Shown here: positions 1 to 11,345 of the stretch, piece by piece | Numbering within the stretch: the stretch's first letter is position 1 | How the letters are laid out: the number at the start of each line of letters is the position of its first letter | NCBI RefSeq assembly: GCF_018350175.1 | Contig: NC_058368.1 | Location: 119,848,001-119,908,000 of the forward strand | From: Felis catus | Lineage: Eukaryota | Length of the DNA stretch: 60,000 nucleotides | Direction: 5' to 3' | Made by a program: the position numbers and the translations under genes | The notes under the pieces: generated by a model | The model's database searches: none | Told to the model about the DNA's origin: nothing | What the model saw: only the letters and a program-made list of their open reading frames with translations

Positions 1-1649
1 CTTTTGAATCCGGGCATTTTGGGTGCAGTGATATGTAGGTAAGGCTGTGGTGGCACTTCTAAGCTTATGCACCTGCAATTCTTGAATCTAAGCCACTGCT
101 GCTGAGTTTTCATCAAAAAGGACACACTAAAAAGGAGGGTTAGGAACAGATTTTTACTTTTCATTTTTTATTGCTCTCTGCCCTAGTGAGTGTACTTGGA
201 TGAGATTGAGAACTGGTGGCAAACACCAAATGCACATTGTAGCCCGCTGGCTTCCAGAATGCCAGGCAGAGCAATACTTATGACTGCAGAGATGACCAAC
301 GGGAAGTGCAGCAAATGGCATTTTATTGTGCTAGGCTCTGAAAAATAAAGAAGCACTTATTAATATGTAACTACACAGTCATTACATATTTATGCTCTAT
401 AGAATATGCAATTAGAGCTACCCTGACTGTATAATTTATCGTTGGTAGACATAGTTAAGACTGTTCAGATAACCATGTACTGTAATTATGTAGTAATTGC
501 TATTCTTTGAGTAAAAGTAGTAACCAGTAAAGTGAAAACTGTCAAGTAATTGCTTTGTAATTATTTGCGGGAAGGAATTGTTCCAAGTAAAACAACTGGA
601 GATAAACAGATGAATCTTTCGTTTGATAGGCAATGCTAGCCAGCTATCAGAAGCCCTGCAGTCATCTCAAGAGAAATGCCATGGTATTTTGATTTATTAT
701 TTATTTATTTTTACCTTAAGCAATTTGGGCAGCATGGTCTCCTTAGAACACATCCAACTTATGGCTCTTTTAGTGGCTGTCATTAGCAGCAGCTTTCAAA
801 ACTGGGTGCAAGTTAATTTGCGAGCAGAGTAAACCTCTTTTTTTTTTTTCCTGCATCTCCCTTATTTGCTTCCTTGATGAAAAGTTGTCATTACCACAAA
901 CATGGCAGTGAGGTCACCAGTCCTAGGAGCATTTCCATTTGCTATTTTTAACAGTAACTGGGACAACTCTTTTTGTACCCCAATTTCCGTGTTGTGAGAG
1001 CGTTTAAAAGATTACTCTTGGAGACATTTTGATATGCTATAGCTACTCATTTATTTGGTGCTGGAGGGAGTGGGGAGGAGAAAGATAATGTACTCAAGCC
1101 ACTCATCTAGATTGTCTTATGCTCTATAAAGGTGCACTTTATTTATTTAATATTTACTTATTTTTTTAATCATGATTTCTGACTAGATCAATTAGGGAGC
1201 TTTTTGTTTGTCTAGTTGGCAGGGACAGGGGAGGGGGGAGACAGTTGTAAACTAATTAAGTCCATGCCAGATAAACATTTCTTTTCCCACTTGTTTCCTA
1301 TTCCCATTTGAAATTCGGGTAACACAAATTGCATGCATCTTCAGGAACAAAACCAATAAGGATCAATACTCTTTGTTAGTTGCTTGAGGTTACTCTAACC
1401 TGTTAAATTTCCCTGAAAAATCCTTGTGTTGTAGGTAATGTAAAATGCACTGGGATGTGAGTAGCAATCAAACTGTGTAGTTTCTCAGATATAAATGAAT
1501 GTGTTCATCTGCACCCAGTTACAATCAATGGATAACCCAGTAAAGGATTAGAGTCTGTATAGCAGGTGAGGGCATAGTAGACAACTTATTTTTTGAAGTT
1601 TATTTATTTTCTATGTGTCATAAAGGCAAAAGCACATAAAGGCAAAAGC

Positions 1650-1960
1650 ACATATATAGTATACCAAGTTGAAACAACTCTCAGATTTACTGTTAAGTAA
1701 AAAATACTGGTGAAGAAATGCATGAATATTATCCTGCCACTGGTATAAAATTAATTGGCTATTGATCTATGATTATTGATACACACATTATTGTTAGAAG
1801 GCTACTCAATATGCTGGTGACAAAGTTTGACTTTGAGAGGAATGATGGGATTGGGATTGGAAGGAAGTGTACTTTTACATTAACATATTTTTTACATATG
1901 CATGTTTTACCTACTCAAAATCTATATGTACATACACATATATATTTACATGGATTAGAA
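1650..1960 (+). mobile_element. Ancient L1 (L1ME-like) 3' fragment
   Basis: Degenerate resemblance to L1ME 3' end (ctcagatttactgttaagtaaaaaa...tttttacatatgcatgttttac). Confidence 0.35.
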
Positions 1961-2892
1961 AAGAACCTGATACTAATAAATGCTCAGTGAAGATTAGCTG
2001 GTATTGCTTTTGTAAGTAGTCATATAAAAGCTAGCTCATGGCTGAAACTGTGCTAACACACACATCTGAGTACCCCGTCAAAGACTTCACTACTGCTCAG
2101 AAAACTCACCTTCAGGGTCTCATTGAACTGCAGATCCCAGAGCAGAGTGCAAGAATATCAGACGGCCAGACTACCAGTTTTTGTGCCAGACATTACTTAT
2201 GCAAGGCTTCTGTCCCCTGACATCCCTAGCTATCATTATCCGCTGGAAATGGAGCACGTGGTTTTCAGATGTTTCTGTAAATTCCAGTAACTTTTCCAAG
2301 ACAGTGAATTGGAAGAGTAAGGAATTTGGAGTTCTAATACCTGGAAGAAAGACTCAGCTTCGCTTGTGGGCAGTTGATGCGCCTTCAAGATGCTGCTGTA
2401 CCTGTGGCCCTTGTCTGAGGGAAGAGCCTGAAGGAAGTCGTTTTAGTATAACCTCAGGTGTCCACAATGTGTATCCCGAAGGAAATCAGCCCCGCTACCC
2501 TAGTCACAAGTGACTGCACAGAATGCGAACCAGCAGTGGCCACATGTGGCCTGGCTACAAAGTAGGCCTGTCACCTGAAGGCCTGTTACCCAGCACAAGT
2601 TTCTTGCCTGATCAGATGGACAGTGGCAGTCAGATCCAATCAAATCCTCACTTGCAAGGAGGTTTGATTGCTCAGAAAATGCATACAAAGAGTGGGTTTT
2701 TTGAGTTCTGGCTATATTATGCAGAATGCTGAGAAAGCTCTTGAGCCATGTTCGCCCAGCTCACGGGCTCTGCCTCTCTGAGAGTTGTCCCTCCATACAC
2801 TCACACACACATTTGGGCCTGGTAGCAATATCTACCCTGCATGACTTTGCCCCTCTGGGTATAGATAGACAACTAGTTAAACTGTCCCTGCC

Positions 2893-2899
<7 letters not shown>

Positions 2900-2943
<44 letters not shown>

Positions 2944-3155
2944 TTTTTCTCAACGTTTTTATTTATTTTTGGGAGAGAGAGAGACAGAGCATGAACGGGG
3001 GAGGGGCAGAGAGAGAGGGAGACACAGAATCGGAAACAGGCTCCAGGCTCCGAGCCATCAGCCCAGAGCCTGACGCGGGGCTCGAACTCATGGACTGCGA
3101 GATCGTGACCTGGCTGAAGTCGGACGCTTAACCAACTGCGCCACCCAGGCGCCCC
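2900..3155 (-). mobile_element. Young felid Can-SINE (SINEC_Fc1-like) with (TAAA)n tail
   Basis: Reverse complement begins GGGGCGCCTGGGTGGCGCAG, intact B box GTTCGAG, CT tract, AATAAA tail; TSD gtccctgcc[t/a]tattta at 2884-2899 and 3157-3172. Confidence 0.97.
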
Positions 3156-3283
3156 AGTCCCTGCCATATTTAGAATCCAAACCTAGAATCCCTTGTCAAG
3201 TTGGGCACTTGAACTACAGTCAGGTGAATTCTGGATTTGGGGGAAAGGGTGGGAAGTGTAGCACTGTTAAAGTAGGCAGATTT

Positions 3284-3521
3284 GGAGACGCCTGAGTGGT
3301 TCTGTCAGTTAAGTGTCCAACACTTGATTTTGGCTCAGGTCGTGATCTCACGGTTCATGAATTTGAGCCCCATATCAGGCTCTGTGCTGACAGTGTGGAG
3401 CTTGCTTGGGATTTTGTGTTGCTCCCTCTCTCTCTGTCCCTCCTCACCTCCCATGTGCATGTGCATGCTTTCTCTCTGGCTCTCTTTCTTTCAAAATAAA
3501 TAAATAAGCACTTAAAAAACA
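3284..3521 (+). mobile_element. Older Can-SINE
   Basis: ggagacgcctgagtggtt head, ggctcaggtcgtgatctc, CT tract, aaataaataaa tail; left TSD aaagtaggcagattt 3269-3283. Confidence 0.93.
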
Positions 3522-3531
3522 AAAGAAGGCA

Positions 3532-3770
3532 GGGGCACCTGGGTGACTCTGTCGGTTGGGCATCCAACCTCAGTTCAGGTCATGATCTCGAGGTTTGTGG
3601 GTTCAAGGCCTGCGTCGGGATCTGTGTTGACAGCTCAGAGCCTGGGGCCTGCTTCAGATTCTGTGTCTCCCTCTCTCTCTGCCCTTCCCCCACTTGTGCT
3701 CTTTATTTTTCTCTCTATCTCTTTCTCTGTCTCTCAAAAATAAATAAACGTTAAAAAATTAAAAAAAAAA
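3532..3770 (+). mobile_element. Can-SINE (SINEC_Fc2-like) inserted in the 3' TSD of the preceding SINE
   Basis: ggggcacctgggtg head, full body, A tail; flanked by aaaagaaggca / aaaagagggca. Confidence 0.93.
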
Positions 3771-4159
3771 AAAGAGGGCAGATTTGCCAAGACTAAGGAA
3801 TTAATAGGTATGCAAAGGTGAGTGGCCACCTTTCTTGTCTTTGGTTACAGGCTATGTGATATCCTTTTGTGCCCTTAATATTAAGTTCTTAAAACATTTT
3901 CCTCTTTTTTGTTTATGCTTTTTCAAGGGGATTCCCACTGCTTGAAATCAGGAGAGCCATGACTGAGAAGCCTGGCTTTCTGTGGTGGATGCTGCCATGC
4001 ATCACTCCCAGAAGTTCTGAGACCCAGAGTAACCTTGTGCGCCCCCAGGGAGGCCACAGCCTATAGCCTCAGTGTTCTTGCCATAAATCCCCGTTGAGGA
4101 AAGTAATCTGTGTCTTTTTCACCACACCCTGGAATCCTTTCAAGTCCTAAACTCTTCTA

Positions 4160-4240
4160 ATACATTTTAATATCTGTATCATGGGAATAATGATGCTACC
4201 TCCACTACTCAGGAGCTATTGTAAAGACCAAAGTGGGAGA
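4160..4240 (+). mobile_element. MIR core fragment
   Basis: atctgtatcatgggaataatgatgctacctc...ctattgtaaagaccaaa resembles MIR core. Confidence 0.5.
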
Positions 4241-4347
4241 GTATTATTATGTTTTTTTAATCTCTATGCCTTATAGGCAGTCGTGGTAAATAGACTATGC
4301 ACCTATGTAGAGCCAGCCTGTGACTAGTAATTAACCAGGAATAATTA

Positions 4348-4905
4348 TGATGGTAGAATTTTGGCCCCCATGACCTTTGCGTTTGATGTTACACTCATAC
4401 ATACATTATGTTACATGGCAAAGGGAATTTTCACTGACTGGCCTTCAACTTACTAATCAGTTGCCCTTAAAATAAGGAGATTATTATGGATTGTCCCGGA
4501 AAATTACATGAATCCTTAAACGTAGACGAGAAAGGCAGAGGCCGGGCTCTGAGAAGGACTCTGTGCAGCACTGTGACTGCCTGGAGCAGGACAGGGGAGA
4601 AGGAGTGCAGGTGTCATCTAGGAGCAGTGTGGCCCCAGCTCACAGCCAGAAAGGAAATGGGGACTTCAGAGCTACAGTCACAGGGACCTGGATATTCTGC
4701 CAACCAGCAGAATGAGCTCGGGAGTGGCTTCTCCCCAGGAGACTGCATATGGGAACCCAGTGCTGTCAGTACTTTGATCAGAGTAAGACTCTGAGCAAAG
4801 AATGTAGTTGAGTCATGCTGTGCCTAGACTTCTGACCTGTGCAAACTGTGAGCTAATGAGAGGCTCTTGTTCCAAGTTACCGTGTTTCTGGCAACTACTT
4901 AGGGC
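4348..4905 (+). mobile_element. MaLR solo LTR, MLT1D/E-like
   Basis: tatgttacatggcaaagggaatttt, cccttaaaataaggagattat, cagccagaaaggaaatggggacttcag, gacttctgacct...aactgtgag motifs. Confidence 0.8.
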
Positions 4906-4989
4906 AGTGGTAGCTGCTGCACCAGTGCTAAGGGCTTTCCAGGCCTTCCACCAGAGTCATCTAGGGGCCCTAGCAAGGAGAGACTCTTG

Positions 4990-5090
4990 AGTCTCTCAGT
5001 TACAAATGAGGAAATTACAGCTCACAGAGGTTAAGTAACTGCTTTAAAGTAATAGAGTTCAGTAATTGGCAGATAGGATTTGAACCGAGG
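4990..5090 (-). mobile_element. MIR fragment
   Basis: ttacaaatgaggaaatt...agaggttaagtaact...ggatttgaacc. Confidence 0.6.
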
Positions 5091-6609
5091 CGTACCTGCA
5101 GGAGGCGCAAACCCAAGTTGTTCCCAAAGTGGGACGTGACACTTTGGCCGTCTGGAATTGAGAGCTTGCCCCATCATCCTGGAAGATACAGTGAGAACCA
5201 CTGCTTGGACCGTTAGGCCAAGTATATAGCTCATACTGCCTCATCTCTGCTTGCTTGTCAGGGAGAGAAAAGGAGCCAGACAGCAGCTGTGCATTTGCAG
5301 GACGTGGCCCGGCTGCCCCACAGGGCCCATTTAGCCTCAGTCAGTCCACGGCAGGAGCTCATCTGGAGCCCAGCTCCCACCCTGCTTGGCAACCTGAGCA
5401 CCGTGTCAGAGTCAAGCCTCCGAAGCATGAAATGGGGTTTTGTGCTGAAGCCTGAGAGACACGGTGCATGGAGTTTGGTTGGGCTATTTCCCCCCTACTG
5501 TTTGTTTTTAAAGATGAAATAAGGGCAGGCATGAAAAAGGTCTCTCGGGTCCTCTGTATGATATGGCAGCGGGTGGTGCAGGCGGGAATACAAATCAAGG
5601 GGAGATAGGGCAGTCCTCGAATCCCAGCAGTACTCAACACTCGATATGCAGTGGTCATTCGTGTTGTTACTGCCATGCCGTTATGATACGATAATTTCAG
5701 GGGCAGGGAGAAAAGCTGTCTGCCTCCAAAGCATCTAAAGTTACAATTAAGGGATCTTTCCATTCCTTTGGTTTCAGATTAATGTCCTATAATATGTTTT
5801 CTTACCTTTGTGACCCTTTCCTTGACATCTCCAAAAGGCACATGGTTGTAAGAAAATAGCAGGCAGCTTAAAAGATGTTAGGAGTTTTCATTTGATCCAA
5901 ATCTAATACCCCTGATAAAAGGTATTTGTTATTCATATTGTAATAAAGCATTGTGCACATATAAAATTCATACCACTAGGGACACATGACCTAATTTAGG
6001 TGATTCACAGATGAACATGTGATTTTCATTGTTGTGTATTTTTAATACGAGTTAGGAGAGCACATACACACCATGTTAAGCGCATGATTTCTAACAAGGC
6101 TAAAGTTGGTAGCAGGTAAAAATAGTGTGTCTATTGAAAGGAAACTATTCAATAGATAATTATATAAATTATATACAGGGAGTACAAAGAGAGGGAGATA
6201 TTATGAAGGCAGTTTGTGGCAGATGGAATCTCTGCTTTAGTGTGACTTCTCAGTTCATCAGGTTAGTGCCAAAGAGGGCATTAAGAGAAGATAGAAGACG
6301 ATCCCAGTCCCCTGGGGATTAAGATGAGGATAGGGTGGAGGTTTCAAGGCTGCCAGGAGTCACAGTGGAGGATATAAAAAGCCCCTTACAGAGAGGTTTC
6401 AGGTCATTCGTGCCTGATGTGGGAGCCTTCAAATTTTCTCTGAGTTCTATCAGCCTGAAGGAAAAATGAGTGTGATTCTTACTGGCCTGAGAGAGTGACG
6501 ATGGCTTCCAGAATTGCTTTACCTGCAAACAGGCTCTGCACTGGGAGATTCGTTTATTTATTTAGCGATGGCACAATTTACTTTGGCTCCATTTGATAGA
6601 ACAATAGTC

Positions 6610-6770
6610 TTCACAGAATCTTGGTGCCGGGAGGGACCTGACCTACCTCATCAGTTTACAGACAAGAAACCTGGAACATGGACAAGTAAGTGATTTCTCC
6701 CGGGTCTCACAGAGAGCTGATGTTAAAGCTCGGACCACTGTGCGTGTCTCGTGATGCCTCCCCAAATGTA
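6610..6770 (-). mobile_element. MIR/MIR3 fragment
   Basis: tttacagacaagaaac...aagtgatttctcccgggtctcacag. Confidence 0.5.
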
Positions 6771-6922
6771 CTTACCCTGATGCTGACATTGTCACAGGCA
6801 GGAAAGGAATTAAACCTCGGACCCTGCCTTAATATTTGGTAGAGAATAAACTCAGACGAGGGTTCCAATCCTTGGCGTCTTTTCTGCCAGTCTCATGCTT
6901 TAGCTTTAATGCACCCCCTCAT

Positions 6923-7115
6923 GGGTGCACTCATCTGGGTGGCTCAGTCAGTTAAGCGTCTGACTTTGTCTCAGGTTATGATCTCGTGGATGGTGAGTTC
7001 GAGCCCCACTTTGGGGTCTGCACTGACAGCATGGAGCCTGCTTGGAGTCTTCTCTCCCTTTCTCTCTGCTCTTCCCACACTCTGGCTCTCTTTTTGTCTC
7101 AAAAACAAATAAATG
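6923..7115 (+). mobile_element. Can-SINE
   Basis: ctgggtggctcagtcagttaagcgtctgact, gttcgagcccc B box, CT tract, caaataaa tail. Confidence 0.9.
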
Positions 7116-7131
7116 TTAATGCTTCCCCCTC

Positions 7132-7262
7132 TTTTTTTTTTTTTTAAGTAGGCTTCATGCCCAGCACAGAGCCCAATGCAGGACTTGAACTCATGACCCT
7201 AACGTCAAAGACCTGAGCTGAGATCATGAGCTGGATGCTTAACTGAGTCACCCAGGTGCCCC
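7132..7262 (-). mobile_element. Short Can-SINE (no CT tract), tail-to-tail with previous copy
   Basis: Poly-T then aagtaggcttcatgcccagc...cttgaactc...cacccaggtgcccc. Confidence 0.9.
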
Positions 7263-8309
7263 AGTGCTGTCCCCTCCTATGTTCTATCACGTAGTCTTAA
7301 GGACCATCGTAACATACTACAGATTTAAAATTTTTAAATAGTTGAAATGCCACTCAGATAATGTGCTCAGAGAGCAGTCACCTGGTCTCCCTGAAACCCC
7401 CTTAGTTGTATTTCTGCCTTTCTCCCCTAGTAAAACTTTCTTTAAAGGCTATTTGATGTCATATCTGGTAGGAGGTTTTAAAAACTCCATGAGCCAAGGA
7501 GTCTGACTTAGTGTTGCCTGAGTCCTGTGGGAAATAACATTCTTCCTGCTATACTTCCCCCCACACCTGCCTTTCCCATATGGAAGCAGCTTGGGATTCT
7601 ATAGCTTGTAGGAGCAGTTGTTTATAAAGGACAGAATCTGCTACTAATCCTTAGGCATCTATTTGGAGAATAGGTATCACGCAGATTCTTACTTATGGGA
7701 ATATAAATTGTATTTATAAGGCAATAAAGATCGAAGGTGAGCTGGATATGACCTGTAACAGCTCCCTTGCTCACTGGCATTACCTCCATTAGACTTGAGA
7801 AACAAATATCTTTTCAAGAAAATACAAATGCTGCTGAAAAACTATAGAGGATCCCACTATTCCATCAGCCATCCATCACAGTCCTAATGATAAAAATGGG
7901 ACAGCCCTTTTCCTGATGGATGCCATCATTTGGGAAACAAAAAGAATTCTACTAGTTTCTTCTCTGGTTCTAACTAATCCTGTCCTTCCTCTCCCTTTTG
8001 TTTGGTCATATGAGCTTCTTGGTTCTCCCTTTGGGGTGCAAGACACTTTGGAGTGGTTTTTGGCAACTACAACCCAAATTCCTGCTTCACTCTGCTTTGA
8101 CAAGCTGGGTGTACCAGCCTCATATTTACTCTTCCCTTTATCCAAATTCTCTGTATCACACTGTCGTTTTAGTCTTCTGAAGTGTTTCTGGAAATATTTT
8201 TTTTTTTCAACCACAAGTCTGAAATAACAATCTCATTGGTAGGGCAAAATGGAAATTGTCCCTGTTTGCTCATTTCTGCTGTGACCGAAAGGCATGTAGT
8301 TCAAGACTC

Positions 8310-8410
8310 TTGGGATCTGAGAGTCAAGCACTACATTTCTGTGCAGCTTTGTCCAAATGACAGCCTCTCGGGCCTTGTGTTTCTCTTTTGTAAGATGAGA
8401 ATCTATTATC
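8310..8410 (+). mobile_element. MIR fragment
   Basis: cctctcgggccttgtgtttctcttttgtaagatgagaat core. Confidence 0.5.
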
Positions 8411-9024
8411 TGCTTCTTCTGCATATCTACCAGGGAAGGTTTCTGAATGTTCCTTGTTCCTGGGCGGCAAGCACAACAACCAGAGGCTGCTGATTCTATA
8501 TATGTCACCAAGCAGTTAGCAAACTCTGCTGGAATTAAACACATTCTCTTTAATTCAGGTTCCATGGCATTGATGTTTGCGGAAAAGCTCCCAGGAAGTT
8601 AATAATGTGGTGAGGAATTGAAATTCACCTTGGAGGCTGTCTTCTTAATTTAGATTTAAGAAATAGTTGATCAAAACCATTGCTCTTCTTTTTTACTGTC
8701 ATGCCATTTATGGGATAGCTGCTAGGCAGGAGCCACAACTTACTGTTAATGAATAATTAACACACTACTTAGTAACACCAAACCTCCCCTTCCTCTCCTC
8801 CCACTAGCTGTCAGTGGATTCTCGCCTTATGCTCTGTTTAATAACATCCCTTCTCACTTTCTCACCCCATTGTCAACACAAGAAGGAATAAAGGACAGTG
8901 GGTTGGACACATCTGTCTCATTGAGGGGTTAAGAATTAGGCCAGAGTCATACGTGTTGGACAGTAACGGGAAAGGTCAGGAGGTTGCTCTCTCCCTCCCT
9001 CCCTCCCTAAATAGAGGTCATTGT

Positions 9025-9231
9025 CCTAGAGTCAGAATGTCTCAGCTTCCATGCAAGTTCTAAGTAGGTAAATTTGGGAAATTCATTTAACCCCATTTGT
9101 GCTTTAGTTTTCCTTACCTATAAAATGCAAATAATAGTATTAACCTATCTGATAGGATTTTTGTAAGGATTCAGTTGGAAAATGTTACACATTGCCTTCT
9201 ATAGAATGAGCCTCCAATAACTGTTAGCTGT
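9025..9231 (+). mobile_element. MIR
   Basis: ttgggaaattcatttaacc...ctttagttttccttacctataaaatgcaaataatagta...caataactgttagct. Confidence 0.7.
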
Positions 9232-9445
9232 GGGGGTGCCTGGGTGGCTCAGTTGGTTAAGCGTCCATCTCTTGATTTCAGCTCAGGTCATGATCTCATA
9301 GTTCGTGGGATTGAGCCCCGTGTCAGGCTCCATGCTGTGGGCGCAGAGTCTGCTTGGAATTCTCTCTCTCTCCCTCTCTTTCTGCTCCTTCCCCTGCTCA
9401 CACACACACACTCTCTCAAAATAAATAAATAAACAGTAAAAAAAA
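9232..9445 (+). mobile_element. Can-SINE
   Basis: ggggtgcctgggtggctcagttggttaagcgtcc head, CT/CA tract, aaataaataaa tail; tagctgt on both sides. Confidence 0.95.
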
Positions 9446-9454
9446 GGTAGCTGT

Positions 9455-10420
9455 TCATTCATTTATTTATGAATTCATTTGGTAACCATTTACTAATTGC
9501 CTATTTGTGCCCGACACTTCGCTATGTGCTGAGGGATACATAAATAAGTAGAACACAGTGGTTTTAGGAGTTCATAGGTTGGATGGGGGTGTGGCTGCAG
9601 ATTCCATAGCAGTTAATTACAGCATAATGGCAGATACTCTAGACTATAGCTACAGCTGTGGTATGTTACAAGGTACTGGTAAGTTGAGTTTAGGGACCAA
9701 GGGGCCTAACTCAGGTGACAGAGGAGGCAATATCTGTGTCAAAACTTGAAGGGTGAAGGGGTATTACTGGATATACCAAGTGAGTATAGCAGGTAAAGAA
9801 ACTGCATGTTTAAAGGCGTGGCAGTGGAAGAAGTTCTGTGTTGTTGTAAGAATTATATCCAAGAGGTCTGGGTGGGGGTTAGTAATAAAAAGACAGAAAG
9901 ATTGGAAGTACCAGATCATGAAAATCTTTGCCAGACCAGATCATGAAAATCTTTGGGAGCTCTTGGGCCAGAATACATAGCCTGTGAAGATCTATAAGGA
10001 GGCAATGACTTTATTTACTCATTCATCCATTCATTCATTCATTCATTCATTCATTCATTCATGCTTCTGAGGAGGCAAGTCGGGTGAATACCATTTATAG
10101 TCAATGAGCCCAGCTAGAAGGGTATTACTTTACTTTGGGGAAGAAATTATCAAGTAACCTGGTCTAAATTTACTAACAATAGTGAGAATGGAAGTCAAGG
10201 AATAGATTCAAGAAAAACTGAGGGGATAGAATGGGAGAATTTGGTGAATGCTGGGATGTGGGATACAGGGGATTAAAAACAGTGCTGGTGCTCTGGCTCA
10301 GGCACTGGGGAGGTGGTGGTATCATGAAACACCATATGGAAAAACAGGATAGAACTGGGTCAGGGAGAAGATGGAGGTTCCTGTATTAAATTCTGTGGTA
10401 CGCCTGACTTGTGTTTGCCT
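9455..10420 (-). mobile_element. L2 3' region, degenerate
   Basis: tcattcatt...catttactaattgcctatttgtgcccgacact 3' end, followed by purine-rich antisense L2 body. Confidence 0.65.
10018..10062. repeat. (TTCA)n microsatellite
   Basis: Direct reading. Confidence 0.95.
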
Positions 10421-10699
10421 TCATTTCCCCATAAAATAAATACATTGGTGTTGCTTTTGGTAGTGCTAGTGCCATGGTAGAAACAGAAGGACCTTGACAT
10501 GTAGGTGCTGGAAGAGTCCACGACAGTGCTGGCAGGTACATCAGTCATGGAAAACCATGAGCTATGTTAAGTCTTTGTGGGTAAATAAAACCTGTCTTTT
10601 GTCCGAGATAGAAAAACCTCCCTGCATATTGAGGTTGTTAAAATAATAAAACTGTATTGTAAAAAGAAACATGAACCAACACAGAACTGAAGAAAAGGA

Positions 10700-10910
10700 A
10701 GGTTATCCTATATTTCTACCCTTTAGAGATAACCATGCTGGCCAATTGGGTGTGTATCCTTCCAAGATGTTTGAGAGATACCTCAATTCCTTTATGTATG
10801 CTGCTGCCTATTATCTTTTACATGGTATATCATCTCTATCAGCATAGAGGTCAACATCTGTAGATGGTTCTCATTCCTTTTAATGGATGTTTGAAATCCC
10901 ATCTTCCTGT
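10700..10910 (-). mobile_element. L1ME-like fragment
   Basis: agagataaccatg...ttgggtgtgtatccttcca...ctcattccttttaatggatg. Confidence 0.45.
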
Positions 10911-10992
10911 TTGATTTGTATATGGGAAAATGTAATTGGTAAAAAAAAGATTAGTTAGCCCATGTGATGCCATTGCGAATTAGGAGGATGCA

Positions 10993-11345
10993 TGTATTAG
11001 TTTTATATTACTGCTGTAACAAATAACCACATGCTTTGTGGTTTAAAACAGCACACATTTATTTCCTTACAGTTCTCTAGTTAGGTGGCCTTTGGCTCCT
11101 GGCTGTCTCATTCCAATGGCCATGTCAGTCATTAAATCACATTCTCCCTCTTGCTTTCTTCTTATGTGGATCTTTATTATTACATTTGGGGCCCACATGG
11201 GTCATTCAAGAGAATCTCCCCATCTCAAGATCCTTAACTTAACAACAACAGGCAAGTCCCTTTTTGTCCTGTGAAGTAACATATCTACTGGTTTCAGAGA
11301 TTAGGATGCGGACATCTTTGGAGGGGCATTTAGTCAGTCTTCCAA
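10993..11345 (-). mobile_element. MLT1C/D-like solo LTR with internal deletion
   Basis: tgtattagtttt...tgctgtaacaaataaccac terminus; aatctccccatctcaagatccttaacttaa; gattaggatgcggacatctttgg. Confidence 0.82.
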
